From Botryllus schlosseri (taxonomy: Eukaryota), in the NCBI GenBank assembly GCA_051294905.1, contig CM119372.1:22816001-22880000 (forward strand): a stretch of 64,000 bases of DNA, in the 5' to 3' direction. Positions 40,567 through 54,400 of the stretch are shown one piece after another. Under the pieces are notes generated by a model. It saw only the letters and a program-made list of their open reading frames with translations, had not been told where the DNA came from and searched no databases. Made by a program: the position numbers and the translations under genes. Within the stretch, counting starts at the first letter, position 1; the number at the start of each line of letters is the position of its first letter.

Positions 40567-43500
40567 ATGGTAATTAAAGTGTACTGGGCAAGTGTGACGG
40601 CGAATCGAAAGGTAAGATCAATCCGGTTCTTCGTGTGTACGAATGTCGTCTTCAGGGCCTCTTTGCGTCTGTTTCACGATTGTAATGTCTAAAATGAGTT
40701 CTGTTATGCGGCGACTTCGTCATACCGGTACGATTCATGATCCCTGCTCGAAGGTCGAAACCGAAGTCTCGCGTATTTCAAGCGCAAACACAACGTGCGA
40801 TATGTGACTTGATCTACTAATGTTTGTATCGATATATTGAGCACACAAACGGCGTGAAATACCTCTGGCCTTGATTGCGTCTAGCACTTAGCAATTTCCA
40901 CTCAATATTTCCGTGTCGTCGATCCTTAAATTACTGGTTGTGGTCGGTGAAATTTGTTTGACAACGAGTTAATCCAATTGCGGTAATTCAGGTGACGTAG
41001 TGTCATCAAATATGACACGGTGAATATGATATTGCGATTGTCCCCCTTCCCCCGAAAGTCTGTGCGATTTCTACAAAAGAATAAGGTAATCTTTCAAGAT
41101 TTGAAGACGTGTTCGAAGAGTAATTATTCCAGAACATTACCGAAATTTCCAAATCGAATAGCGTATTGGATTCCATGCCCAGAATTTAGATAACTGTGAT
41201 TATTTTCTCCTACCGCATTATATGCAGTCTCTCCGTATAATGAAACATGAATCAATTGTCTGGCTTTTCCGTACCTGATGTCATTTGGTCATATTAAAAG
41301 ATGATCATTCAGATTGATTCTGGAATTTACGCGGACCACTAGAATTTAAGCCCACTATTTCGAAATTGTTTTTTGCTGGTTTCGCGCAATGTCTAGAAAT
41401 TTCCGTGAGCTCTGAATGACGTTTGATTACCCGTAGGCAGTTGTGCGAAATTATCGCCACAGATATCTATCCGACTCGATATATTGTATGTTTATCGCAA
41501 ATTTACCTACTTTTTACTCGACAAACAGCCAGGGCCGTAACAGCACTTCGTCAGGCCCCCTCCAAAACGTTGGTCTTGGGCCCCCCATATGGTGGTAAAC
41601 CTAACTTCTGGGGGGCTTCCCCCCCCCCCCAGACCCCCCTCAGGCTTTACGCTGTTTACCGCTTCATGTCATCTACATTGGATGTCCATTTAGTGTGTTA
41701 GCTTTTCTCAGCTGACCGCGCGAAGCGCGAATAAATTTCTAGAGTTCATGAATGAATCGGTCAATATGATCGGGAAGTGCATATATATTGCTATTAATTT
41801 TTACCCTCTCTCTGCTCACGTAATCTGATTTACCGGTTAAGCTGAGTGAGGTGTGTTTGAAAAAGTAGGAACCCTCAAAAATAGTTAAACATCTCCGGGT
41901 GTATACCCGTTCACAGGAACGAAACAGCACTTCGTCAGGCCCCCCAAAAAAACTTGAGTCATGGGCTTCCAATAGGTGATAAACCGTCCCCTATCACGTT
42001 GTTCACTTTTACCGCGAAGTTATAGTGGTACCGTTTCGTGAGCCAGCGCTATGCGCGAAAATTTTCGATAATTCATGATAAATCGGTCAATAAGGTCGGG
42101 AATTGCATATATATTGCTATAAATTTCTTGTCCTCTCTACTCATATTTACCGGTATAGCTTAGTGAGGTGTCTTCGAAACTTTAGAGCCCGTAAATAATA
42201 ATTAAACATATTCGGGGGGTTTGGGGTGCGGCAGTTACGGCCCTGCAAACAGCTACAGAATTAATGGAGCCAAGCGATTTATTATCGTTACGTCCCACAT
42301 CCCAGTGCTGAGTATGCTGTACTTTTACAGATTGTCATGACTGTTCGGTCACAGCGTCGTAATTTCTGAATTTCAGATAGATGGCGATCAAACGCGGCTT
42401 CGCAATGTGATAGAGAGTCGTAAGTTGGAATCGGAATGGACCGACATCACGACGTCCAGAAGCACGATGGTGGAGATGCGTCATAAATGCGGCAACCCGA
42501 AGGCGATACCACCGCAAATTTTTAACGACGATGTTTACCTCGGGGTAACTCGACTTTCTTGTCAGAAATTTGTAGCGGTAGCTTGGTTTTATTGTGACGC
42601 GGCCGCTATAAATAAAGCTTAACAGTTTGGATACACAAATATCGGACGGTTGTTGAAGTGATTGGAATATTGCAGAGAAAAGCGATATTATACTATATAA
42701 TATACTTACAGCAACGCTGCTGTACTGTACGTGCTTGAAATGATAGCGGGTGGAATACAGTAAGATTGTGTTTTGGGGACTATACGTCGGATGGTGTTCG
42801 ATCACTTCCGCACAACATACCCATGTTTAATCTTCTGAAGCAGCACAGCACTCTCGTACCAATATTTATGCGTATAGCTTTACGTATTTGGCCGCTGTAA
42901 ACTCCCAAAACGAATGTATAATGCAGTGCGATCGTGACCGACATCCAATATTCATGCAGCACTGTGCAGTGTGCACTTCGCCATTCATTGTATGGACGCA
43001 TATATAAAGTCGTATCGAACTGAGAACTGTCTGTGGCATCCGAATGCGTATGATCCTGCATCCAAAAACCAATATCTACTACGCAGCGGCATACGTTGAT
43101 GACAGCGTTGTCATTAGTGACAAAATTGCGAGGAGATATAAGCGCCGGTATGTAGGCCTGCAACTCGTATTTGCGCCTTCGAGACGGAGTGAACGAATGT
43201 GACCTTACTGACTGCAAATCTGTCTTATCAGTGATATCTAGAACTAGATATCTCAGCTGTCTTACAATGGAGAAATGGTGACCTCGTGATAGCGGAACTG
43301 GTCACACCCATTTATAATGAAATTAACGACGATTGACGTTCGTGTAACGCTTCCAAATTACTATGTCAGTATATAAGACGCGTTCATGTTGTGAATTTCA
43401 AGCCGTTCGGCAGCAATCTGGAAAACGAATTCCAACGGGACATTCGGTCTATTACTGCGTATATCAGGCCTACATGCTATTGGAATGCATATTGCATATT

Positions 43501-45757
43501 GTTACCTGCACTATAGTGTCAGCTATAGAGAAATTCCAAAATCCCGCGAGCACTGTCGCTGAATTTGATAATTAATAATTTAATTTTATGTCGAAAGCTA
43601 ACCAAAGCTCATCATTACAATTGCCATTTACGGAGGCGGGTATATAGCGTTATAGGGAAATCGAGATTTTGGATGGTATTGGGACCAATTCGAAGCAGTC
43701 TGGCCTTGCTTTGCATTCAAGCCCGCCCCGCGTCGCGTCTGTAGGGTTATTGACGAAACACACGGCGCTGCGTTGTCCACATACCTTTCGTTACTGCAAT
43801 AACGTAAAATTCTGTCTGCTGTCAACCCGACTTCTCGCGGACAATGTATCTATATCTGTGGTTCTTAACCGTTGCCAACCCTCGGAACACTTGCTCTGAT
43901 CTGCAAGCCTTCGCGGGATCCCACATTTTCGCTGAGTGATAAAAACAAAAAACTACCACACTTCACATTGAACTGCACATCTGATACTTTACTTTAGATA
44001 ACTATGGTTGCATTTGAAACAAACTGTGTTTTAAAACACTCTGTTTGAAACATGTTTTAAACCAGGGGTCGCCAACTCAAAATGGGTCGCGGGCCACTTT
44101 TCAAATTTCGTAGCGGCCGCGGGCCGCATGAATTCAGTATCGATATCAAATAGGCAACCACGTTTTAAAACTCTACGTCAGTACACCGCTGTGCTACCTA
44201 ACATAGGCGGTGGGAATTATGACCACATTAGAAATAATATTTTATTAAAGGAATACAAATACAACAAAAATCGCTATCATCAATTTAATTTTATTTTGAA
44301 CTCTGAGCTGTGCATGATACCTGGAAACGTTACTAGCTGAAAGGCCATCTCCACGTAAGCTTGATCTTACGGGGAAGCCCTGAGTCAGTGGTTCTCAAAG
44401 TTTTTTTAGACACGCCCCCCTTACTGAAGAATTTCGCGCGCCCCTTATCGTCATATCACAAAATGAAACCAGAATGCTAGCAATCCCAACGGATAACTTG
44501 ATGGCATGGAAGGTTATGATCATTGGTGAGAGAAATGTATGATATGAATTCCGGACTTCACACAGGGCAATAACCATGTGTTTGAGGTGTGGTTCTCAAA
44601 CTGCACGTCAAGGCAATATATGCCCATGCTTATTCATATCATCTGATTCTTCCTCGATGGAATGCTGTTGCCAAAGCCCTTTTAGCTTGTGACGAATAGT
44701 GATGCTGGGCACATCAGAATAGCTTATTTTGAAACAACAACAACAATATATTGAAACCAAATCATGTCGCGGGCCGCAAAGGAGCTATATTTACCCTAAA
44801 TGTTCAATTGTCAATGGCAAGCCACAATGACGTCACAGTGGAATATTCGTGACGCCATGGCTTGAAAAAAAAAAATAAACAGTTAAAAATTGTTTTAAAC
44901 ACGGTCCTTGTTTTAAATTGATTTTGTTTTAAATGCAACCCTATAGATAACTCATGCTACACTCCTTCATGCTCCTTCAACTGTGCAGTGTGAAAGGACA
45001 AAACCAGCAAAATATAATGTTCACACGAAACGAAAACCTGATAGTGATATGTATTGCAAATCCGCGCAACTTTTACTGTTCCCTTTCAGATGCCAGAAAT
45101 ACATGGTCACGAAGATAGCTTACATATACAATTTCTAAGTATCCACTCCGATTAACTGCTATGCGGCCCCTCGACCAAATCCACATTTTGGAAACTACTT
45201 CAGTATTTGTCGGACCTGTCGAAGCAATTTTGACATTTCCCCTTTGTGACCGAGTCGAAATTTACGGCGTGCTTTTACTTTACTTGTTTAGCAACGATGA
45301 CTACTTTGACCACTTTTTATCACTCTCGCAGAATGTAGACGACATGAATCAGAGCATCGAAGACGGCCGACTCATGGAGTGGCTGAGAATTGAACCGTCG
45401 TCGCAATCAATCAGCATCACCAAAGCCGACATCACTCATCAAGAACCAGCATCCTTCAACAGCGAACCCGACGTCTCCTCTCAACAAATTGATACGCCTA
45501 CCACTGTCGAACCGACGCCCTGTCAAAACGGATCGCCCGACAAAGACGAGGTTGACAGCACTAAGATTTCGCGCAAGAGTTTCGAACTGAATGCCACGCA
45601 GGTAACAACGACAAAGGTTGACGAAGACCGCAGAAGGCGCATATTGGGAATAGCTTCGCCTTCATCCAATTCCGAGCAAGAACCCCAGACCGAAAGCAAC
45701 AATAGCGAGGACGTGGCGAAACTGCGTTCGTTTTACGAAGTCAAAGATGCGGCTTGA
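40567..45757 (+). CDS. SH3BGR: SH3BGR/SH3BGRL-family thioredoxin-fold protein with a long polar C-terminal tail (212 aa)
   Basis: Exons 40567-40611 (MVIKVYWASVTANRK), 42377-42544 (IDGDQTRLRNVIESRK...EMRHKCGNPKAIPPQIFNDDVYLG) and 45332-45757 (NVDDMNQSIEDGRLMEWLRI...KDAA*). Both junctions are phase-0 GT-AG. The family motifs MVIKVY and PPQIFN are present. The exact paralog symbol is uncertain. Confidence 0.88.
41530..42245. mobile_element. CAGGGCCGTAAC-family MITE in SH3BGR intron 1
   Basis: TIR CAGGGCCGTAAC / GTTACGGCCCTG. Perfect 8-bp TSD CAAACAGC. Confidence 0.92.
44003..44943. mobile_element. Composite non-autonomous element in SH3BGR intron 2
   Basis: Ends TATGGTTGCATTTGAAAC / GTTTTAAATGCAACCCTA. 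Perfect 8-bp TSD TAGATAAC. Contains internal CAGGGGTCGCCAAC and CAGTGGTTCTCAAA ends of other families. Confidence 0.8.
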
Positions 45758-47161
45758 TTCCCAAATTTATTTGCGGTGGCATGAAAGCGATATCGTCAAT
45801 ATGGTGTGTACACTCGAAAGTATACCCGCGAGGTGTGCCCTGTGACCGTCGTACTGAATATTTATCCCGTCGTTTGCTTGCAGTTCGTATTATCATCCGT
45901 ATTATTACTACGGGGCTGTCCAAAATCGTGTGACTAAGTGATCCGAATCAAAGTCGAGAATTCGAGCGCCACTTTATGACGTCATGGCAGTAGTCATGAT
46001 TCGAACGTTGGAATATTCACCTCTTTGAAGCCACTAAAATAAAGCCAATTACGCATTTAAATCCATTTCGTCTTTCGTGAACAGGCCACGACTATTTCGT
46101 AGCGCCTTGTTGGTCATTACTTCTCGCGTAAATGTCGTTTACGCGAATTTTGTAGGCTTGTGCAACATCTTTTCCAACGACTAATCAAAATTTCGAGGGT
46201 CTCGGACTGCGAAGGTGATATTGAAACTATATTCCTCGATGATAATGCAACCTAATTATGTGAATGGCGTAGAATTACGCTATCCGAAAAACTATCTGCT
46301 CGAATCATTACGATTGACGCTCGATTCGAATCGCCGCGCGTAGCCCCAATCCCACTACAAGAAGCCCGAATGCTCTTTCTCTGCCGATATCTTTTGATTT
46401 TGGTGCATGCAAGCTGCAATATACCTTGATAAAATGCTGCTTAATGGAAACTTGGCGTGTTCGTATGCTGGCCGAAGGAAATACCAGCTGTCTGTATACC
46501 TACGTCATATCGGTTATCTTTTGATATTTTTACAACATAATTTTTGTACTCGACCAATGAATGAACGGCGCTTCGTGATTCGTGTGATTGGCAAACCAAA
46601 CGGACAACAAAAAAAGCTTGATGTCGCAAATCCTAACTGTTCGCGGTCAATTTTGTCTATGGCATGGATGTCTAGATTCTAGACTGTCCAGATTCTAGAC
46701 TAGACATAGTTTATTATCCATATAAACTTCGCTATCCCTGGTTGGTGGCTTCGTTCATACCCGGGTGTGGAATTTCTTGAAACGGACTTCGTCCTGTTAT
46801 GATACTTACAATGCGCTGGCACGAATTATATCTGATATCTTGCTAACAGTTTTTACGCACTTGTTTTGGTAGACTGGCACATGAAAATGGATGAGAGTAT
46901 TGTCGGGATGACCATGGTGTCTAATGGTTTTCTCATCGCTGTAAGCTTGAAGGTATGCGATTGACTGACAGTTGAATTTCTCCCCGCTCCTAAACGATAA
47001 CGGTTTCCATCGAATGTCAATATATTTGTCGCTTGTGGGGAGCCAGTTGCGGGCAGGTCAAATAACATAAACACCGTCAGACAATACTGTGATAAAAAAA
47101 ATGTGATGAGTGTACTTCGAATAGACTACAGACAATCAGGCAATGGGATTTAATCATAGTA

Positions 47162-49346
47162 CAGTGGTTCGTAACCTTTTTTCCTCCAGCGCCCCCCTTT
47201 CCAAAACTATCGTGCTCCAGCGCCTCCCAACCTCATATTGTAAGGAATGTAATAAAGACAATGAGTAAGAGGGAGGGCTCTATCAGCACTTCGTCAACCC
47301 CCCCTTAAAAACGACTGCCTTTCGCACCCATAGCGTGATAAACCAAACTTCTGAGGGCTTCGCCTCCAAGAACCCCGTAGCGTGATTTCAATGGTCAGCA
47401 AGTTTGTGTGGCCTGGTCACCCTAAGCACTAAAATTTTCTATAATGCATGAATGAATAGGTGGTAATTATATTAGTCGCTTCAAACTTCTTATCCTCTCA
47501 GCCCACGTAATCAGATTTACCAGTAGCGTTAAGTGAGCTGTTGTATTGGACCATAAAGGGCACGTAATTAGTAATTAAACGTATTCGGACGTGCCCGTAG
47601 GTACAATTATTTCGTTACCAGGGCCGTAACAGCACTTCGTCAGCCCCCCCCCCAAAAAAAAACGTTGGTCTTGAGCTCCCATCGGGTGATTAACCAAACT
47701 TCCGGGGGGTTTCGCCCCCTGACTCTTATTCGGGTATCCGCTATTTTCTGACATTAGTCATCTAAATTGGGTGTCCATTTACTGAGCCAGCTATTATCGC
47801 GTAGACGCGCGAAGCACGAAAAATTCCAATAATTAATGATTAAATTGGTCATAATGACCAGGAATTGCATGTATATTGATATCATATTTTATCCTCTCTC
47901 TGCTCACGTATACCGATTCACCGGTAGAGCCGAGTGATGTATGATTCAGTGATGAGCATCGGAGCGGAATCGGAGTTTACTACAGGTAATTTTACGGAGA
48001 ATTTCGGAGTATTGTAACTTTTGTCTCTAATATCTTCGGATAGCTCTGACCAGAATACACCAAAACACAGACAGTTGACACCTTGTAAAGTTGTAACATG
48101 ACGGGTAACATGCAAAAATGATTGCCAAGTGCATAAAAATCAGCCATCTTCACTGCGATTGGGGACTGGAGAGTAAACAATACTATGACGCCAACCATAT
48201 TATCACATTTACCATGTTATATCATGTACCATGCTTGCCACTGTTTCGGATACTTGACGAGATTCATCGTAGTATATCGGAGTCTGGGATTGAGCTCTTC
48301 GGAGTCGGAGGGAGTTTTCCTCAGATACTAAAGTTGTCGGAGGGATTCGGAGTCTCGTAAATCACTATCCGCTCATCACTGGTGCGATTGAAAAGGTAGG
48401 ACCCCTCAATAATAATTATACATCTTCGGGCGTATACCCGTTGGCAGGAACGAAACGGCACTTCGTCAGGCCCCCCGAAAAAACTTGGGTCTTGGGCTTC
48501 CATAGGGTGATAAACCGACCGCCCCCATCACGTTGTTCGCTTTTGCCACGAAATCAGCTGTAGGCTACTGTTTAGCGAGCCAGAGCGAAGCGCGAAAACT
48601 TTCGATAATTCATGATAAAATCGGTCAATAAGATCGGGAATCGCATGTTGCTATCAATTTCTTGTCCTCTCTCCTCACGTTACCAGATTTACCGGCAGAG
48701 CTGAGTGAGGTGCAATGTTCCCTCTAAGCTGCGCGCAAAAATCTACGATGCGCACAACAAATCCGAAGTAATGACGTATTTTTAGTCGTCCAAGGGTCTG
48801 CACAGTGAGTCGTCGAGTGTGCGTGGACTCGTCAAAACGTTGTGAGGTGTCTTGGAAACTGTAGGGCCCGTAACTAATAATTAAACATATTCGGGCGGGC
48901 GGGTGGAATGACGTCGTCGCATGATGTTATTTCGTGATCTCCTGTCTGCTATATCAAAAAATATAGAACCGTCCAACAGTGATATCGCCTAACAGAGATA
49001 TCTAGTTCTATATTCCTGTCGCCCAATCGTATATACTAAATCAAAAGACGCACACGATTTGAAATTGATATTTCTTCACTGGCATATATTTTTTTCCGCC
49101 AGATGGAATTCGTCTTCTGAGGTTCAGATTGCCAAGACAGGAACATTCGGTGCCAGTCATTTAGGCGCTCATGGACAATTAAACCTATGTGTATTTTGTA
49201 GGCTAAATTTTAACGAAGTTTTCGGTGTTAATTTGCTCTGAATACTCGTTAAGGATATGTCCTACCACCACATCGTCTACTGCGAAGTCATTTTTCGCCA
49301 GCGCCCCTTGGGGGGGGGGGGCTGGAGGCAAGGTTAAGAACCACTG
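47162..49346. mobile_element. Composite hAT-type element carrying multiple CAGGGCCGTAAC-family internal modules
   Basis: Ends CAGTGGTTCGTAACC / GGTTAAGAACCACTG; TSD TCATAGTA / TCCTAGTA. Internal left TIR CAGGGCCGTAAC at 47619; nested MITE at about 48713-48841. Confidence 0.72.
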
Positions 49347-49852
49347 TCCTAGTATATTCCACAGCGCGCAGTGGTTTGCGTACGCTTCATTCCGGACTTC
49401 CACATCCACTGTCATGTAGGGTAGCAGTCTGTCTCCATTGTTCCAATCCCATGCTTGGGTGGAAAATTATGGTCCCTAGGGGGGCTGTTATTTTGGTATT
49501 CATGATGTTTTGGACTACATAGTCATTTTTCGCCAGAACGATATTCTGTATTATGATCCTGATCTTCCGTCTTGTGGGACAGCCCACTTTCTGGTCGGGC
49601 AGCCAGATGGCAAACATCATATCTCAGGAGTCTGGGCTGAAGGGGAGTCAACTGTTAGCTGTTAGAGGTATTCAAAAATGAATTTTTTGTCAAATTATGC
49701 TGGCTAGTTGATAAAATTGCTAGGTTACCTAATTTAAGCCTACACACCAAATTTGGTTCAATTCCAGCCTGCTACAAGAGAACAAAGTTTCAATTTATTA
49801 TATAAAAGTAAATTACCAAAAATTTCAAAATTTTCTGTTCACCCAACGAAAG

Positions 49853-50566
49853 CGTTGGGAGCCAACTACGAATTCTGAAATTTGTGTACTGCACTTTGAA
49901 TCAAAGTATATCAAAGACTTAAACTAGCGAAAAAATGTACGTTGGGATGAAAAACCAGTCCCTTCCATTCGATACGAGCAGGAGCTGCAGCGGACTTCGC
50001 TGATCCCGACTGTGACTGCTTGCAAAAAAACACATCAAGAAATGGTATTTCAAAAAGATTAGTTGAAAGATTTCCAGTTGGCTGATAAAATAAGCAGCTT
50101 ATCAGATTTGACGGAGTCCCGCTCTCCAGAACGTACAAAAAAGATGATGAACATTTGATTTACTACCACATGGAATTCAATGATTTCCCAAAAGTCTCAA
50201 AAATCTTGAAGATTGACGATAAGTTGCATTCCGAATTGCAGTGCGATGGAATGAATGTTCCTCTGCCTCTTGGTTCACACAGGCACAAATGCTACTCTGA
50301 CTAAGTTTGGTGCTATCTCAAAAATGTCCGAAATAAATCCGCCAACAATTTCCTGGAGGAGCTTCAAAATCCTGATGATCATGCTCATAGTCAATATTCT
50401 TCCGAAATGATTCGTTTTGCGCTCCTACTCCGGTACACATCTTCGGAAGCTTAAGCTTTACCTCAATACAGCAAAGGTACAGCAAAGGGAGCGTTGACGC
50501 GATTACAGTCCTTAGAGAGTTACGAAAGAAAGGGGCCAGATCTCCACCGACATAATGTTGATGGTA
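49853..50566 (+). pseudogene. Decayed THAP-domain P-element-like (THAP9-type) transposase
   Basis: RWEPTTNSEICVLHFE (THAP C-x-x-H-F) and PVPSI (AVPTIF-box-like). After frameshifts: FPKVSKILKIDDKLH...VPLP, YSSEMIRFALLLRYTSSEA*, VDAITVLRELRKKG and IMLMV. Stops and frameshifts throughout. Confidence 0.7.
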
Positions 50567-51489
50567 GGTGTACTAGGTTAATGCCCCTGTGATAAAATAT
50601 GCTGCGAAGGACTTTTTTGAAAAGCGACAGTTGAGCAAGTCGTAGCTAGTATACATCATGATACATTTGATACACCGAATTTGAGGTCGGAACTTTATGA
50701 CCATAAGTTTGGTGTTCGTTTTTACGAGTAGTTGGGCTAATTATTCTTTGCTTGCTTTCATTGATTTTACCGTGCAATGAAATACTTAATATTAGAAGGT
50801 TTGGTCCTTATCGCTTTACACTCTGTACACTGTACAGTACAGCCTGTTTCCGTGATTAGTGGATAATCTTTCGACACTGTCAAATGTAACTCTGGACTTT
50901 TTAACGTGAAAGTACTAATTTCGTCTGTTATTCGGCTTCGGCTAAAAGGGAGGCGTCTGGTTGGGAGAAGCGAAATCGTAAGCAATCGCTGATGTCTGTT
51001 TTGCGAACGTCGTCCTCCCCGCTATCGCAGGCGTAATGCACAAGTTATCGTAGGCCCCAGGTAACACGGTGACTCACGGAGCAACGTGAGTAGAGTTACG
51101 TGCTGGTATAGCTCTGTCTGCAACACGATATGCCGAGATTTATAGTTGTGTAAGAAAACTCACAACATTGCATTGATCAAGAAGTCGCTGAAATACACAG
51201 CAATTCAAGATCTAATATTATATACGCTGAATGCTGTATCCGTAAAGTATCCGTACGCCATGGTGAAAATTCTGTTACACATTACATCCGCGTTAACCCA
51301 ATAATAATAAATCACGTTTAACCTAATGCTTCTCTGAACATACCAGCAGAAAGTAAAGATACATTGTTGAAGATAAAGAAACAGCAGTTAAAGATATACA
51401 ATCGATTTTTTTCTTTACAAAAATTGAACAGTGATACATAAGAAAATAGCAACTTGACAAGGCGTGTTTGAGATTGCAACGACAGGCTA

Positions 51490-54400
51490 TCACAATGCAG
51501 CATTCCGCTTCGTGGATCCCCACTTGTTTCTCTCCACGCCGGGCACGCAGATCAGAAACGCGTTTAAAAATCCGGCTCGGAACCTCTTGTTCATAAAGCA
51601 ATAGACGAGCGGGTTGACGCAAGTGGACGCGAATGACATCAGCTGTCAAAGGGCGTCGGTGAAGTGATAGACGCGATGGTGCAATTTCAGAAGCGACACT
51701 CACTTGTATGATTTCGATGATCCCGTCGAGCTTTTCGCGGGCTGTTTCTGGGTCGAACGCTTTCCAAACGTTGACGATGAATAGCGGAGTCCAACAGACG
51801 AAAAATAAGATCTGGAATATATTATGGCGTTCCTAGTATAGGGCTGGCTGGTTAGATGAAGGGAAATGGCACAATTGGTACATCGACTGCAAGGTTTGGT
51901 ATACCACCCTATGGGAGACCAATGTTGTTGTTGTTTTTGTTGGGAGAGGGGCTGACTAAGTGCTGGCTAAGTGCTATTTCGGCCGAGTCAAGTCAAGTTG
52001 AAATTGATCACTATTGCAGCGACTTCTTAGCAAATTTTCATTATTCTCGTGGCAGTATAAACATGTCTTTGAGAGGTAAGGACAATGCCGTCTTGAGGAT
52101 TATGGGCTCGGAGCCCCTCTTCAATATCCTCAAATTTAAGTTACTGTCGCGCCGGCGACCAATGTCACTCTCGAATTCTATGTATGCGACTTGAAATCTT
52201 GGATTGTGCGACACGTTGATTAATCAAAGACCATAGCAGACATGGCGACGCCCATGTCAGAACGCAGTTTTCAAATAAACATTGTCTTCCTGATCTATAC
52301 GGCGCGAAATGCACTGCCGTGGACGTGACTACCCACGTAGGTAGCTCTGTAGTACCGGGCATAAAATGAATGCGTCAGGCGCAACGTTATGTTACCGCCG
52401 AATACTTTGAGAAGGAGTGGTGACCCCTGGGCTAATAGATAATCTTATCGGTGTGACATGAACATGACTTAACAATGTACAATTACGCTTCTTACATTAC
52501 GGAGTCATCATCCTACACCAGCTCTACCGATAACCTAACTCTGATCATGTGGGCGGAGAGAGGATCAAAATTATATAGAAATATTTGGCAGAACCAATAG
52601 AGCATTGACATAATTCATTCAACACAGGGCCGTAACTGCCGCACCCCAGACCCCCCAATTGTGGGGGGGGGCGACCTCGAAGGGGGCCAGAAATTATTTC
52701 ATGAATTAGCATAATTTACTAACAACCAGCTGTTATGAATTGAATGATGGATCGAAGTGACGTCACAGTTATTGGGAAAGTCAACAAAGGTGCTGGAAAA
52801 CATGGTGCGGGAAGTTTAAAAAGCTTAAATGACATTTTTGAACGACACTTGGGGCAAATAAATGCCAGAAACATGTTTTACTAAGGAATATGGTATAGGA
52901 AATATCAAAAAATCGGCTTAACTGAATTTTTGTTAAATGGTGTTATTTATCGGCCTGTGCAATGATGTAATCACATTATCTAACGGACTCTTGGTCATTA
53001 TGGTTGTCACAAATTGTTTATATTTTATTATACAGTTCCACCGCCCCATTACTGCTACAGTAATGTCACGTCGGACCAACACGCCCCTGAATTATGAAGG
53101 CTGATTGCTTGTTTGTTTATGGTATTAATGGTGTTTGTCGACTACAATGGTCATTTACAACGGGCCGATATTCTTCGTTTTTATTCCGTATCTGCCGACT
53201 TGTAGCACTTCTAGGCTTTTTGTACGACACCGCGTATGCGGATCACATGGCGAGGAGGAGCCTAGATAAATCTCCAACACATAGGTAGGAATTCTGGAGC
53301 CGACCTCGGTCGGACTCGAACCCGCAACACATTGGTGTTGCAGCTGTGGATTTTAGCAATACGCTATCTCGCCAGGGAGGCTGATTAGAGGCCAACTGAA
53401 ACATTGTCTTGTTCACGTCACGCATCATCGCTTATTGAGCAAGCCAATGCTGGTGTTTCCGATAGATGACATCGGCAAAAAGAGTATAGGAGTTATGTTT
53501 TCAGTCTGGTATGAGTATGACTGATCCATGAAGACCGCTGGAGTTTAATCATTGGTAAAAATGTGGAAAAGTTTCGTTTCCTCAATTGCATTGTCTTTGT
53601 GGTGGAATTGCTAGTGCGACAGTAGTTTTATCGAAATTAGATTAATTTGATACAAGATGTATCTTTTAAATTACAGTCACTAATCAGACGTTCTTCTTGA
53701 AATGTATCACATTTTGATATTGACAAAATATCGGTTCACTGGCAGAAATGTGCTGTTTCGGCCCAAGACTCCGATATCCGTCGTGTTCTAATTTTTTCCC
53801 GAATATATTTTCGTACGCAAACCGTACACATGACGGATATGTTATGCATAAGTTTTATATTGATTTACAGTCTACTAGAATTTTAACCGGGTTATTTTCT
53901 GTTACATTAAACTTAATTTACAGGTCTCCGGCAATACATCTAATCATAATTTTAGAATTCGATTTGGCAGTTTCTTCAAATTATATGTCGACTCTCCTTA
54001 CCGAATGTTGTGTACTACTTATACCAACAATTATGCAACATTTAGGTAGCCATTAGGGCAGATAACTTAATTAGTTCAACAACATTAAATCGACCTCACC
54101 ACAATAACTATCAGCATCCGAACAACTTTCTTCTTTGCCTTCAGTCTCTCCGCTTGACTGTACACTCGAGCCTCCACTCTACGTGAGTTGCCGCGGTCCT
54201 TTTTGACAGAAATCCTGCCGTTCTCAGCGGAATTCTTCGGGTGTTCCTACATATTTATAAAAAAAATATCCCAATGAGCACTAAAATTGCGCTCCCAATT
54301 CGCTGATTTCCAGTTAACTTTACATTTAAAACTAGTGCCGCGCTTTCGTGAATAGCTGCATACGAGGCCTCCATGATTTAGGCAAGGTGACATATATCTT

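Noticed and set aside
46850-46952. Exon-like stretch with a strong donor (AAG|GTATGC)
   Set aside because: No partner exons or recognisable product on either strand.
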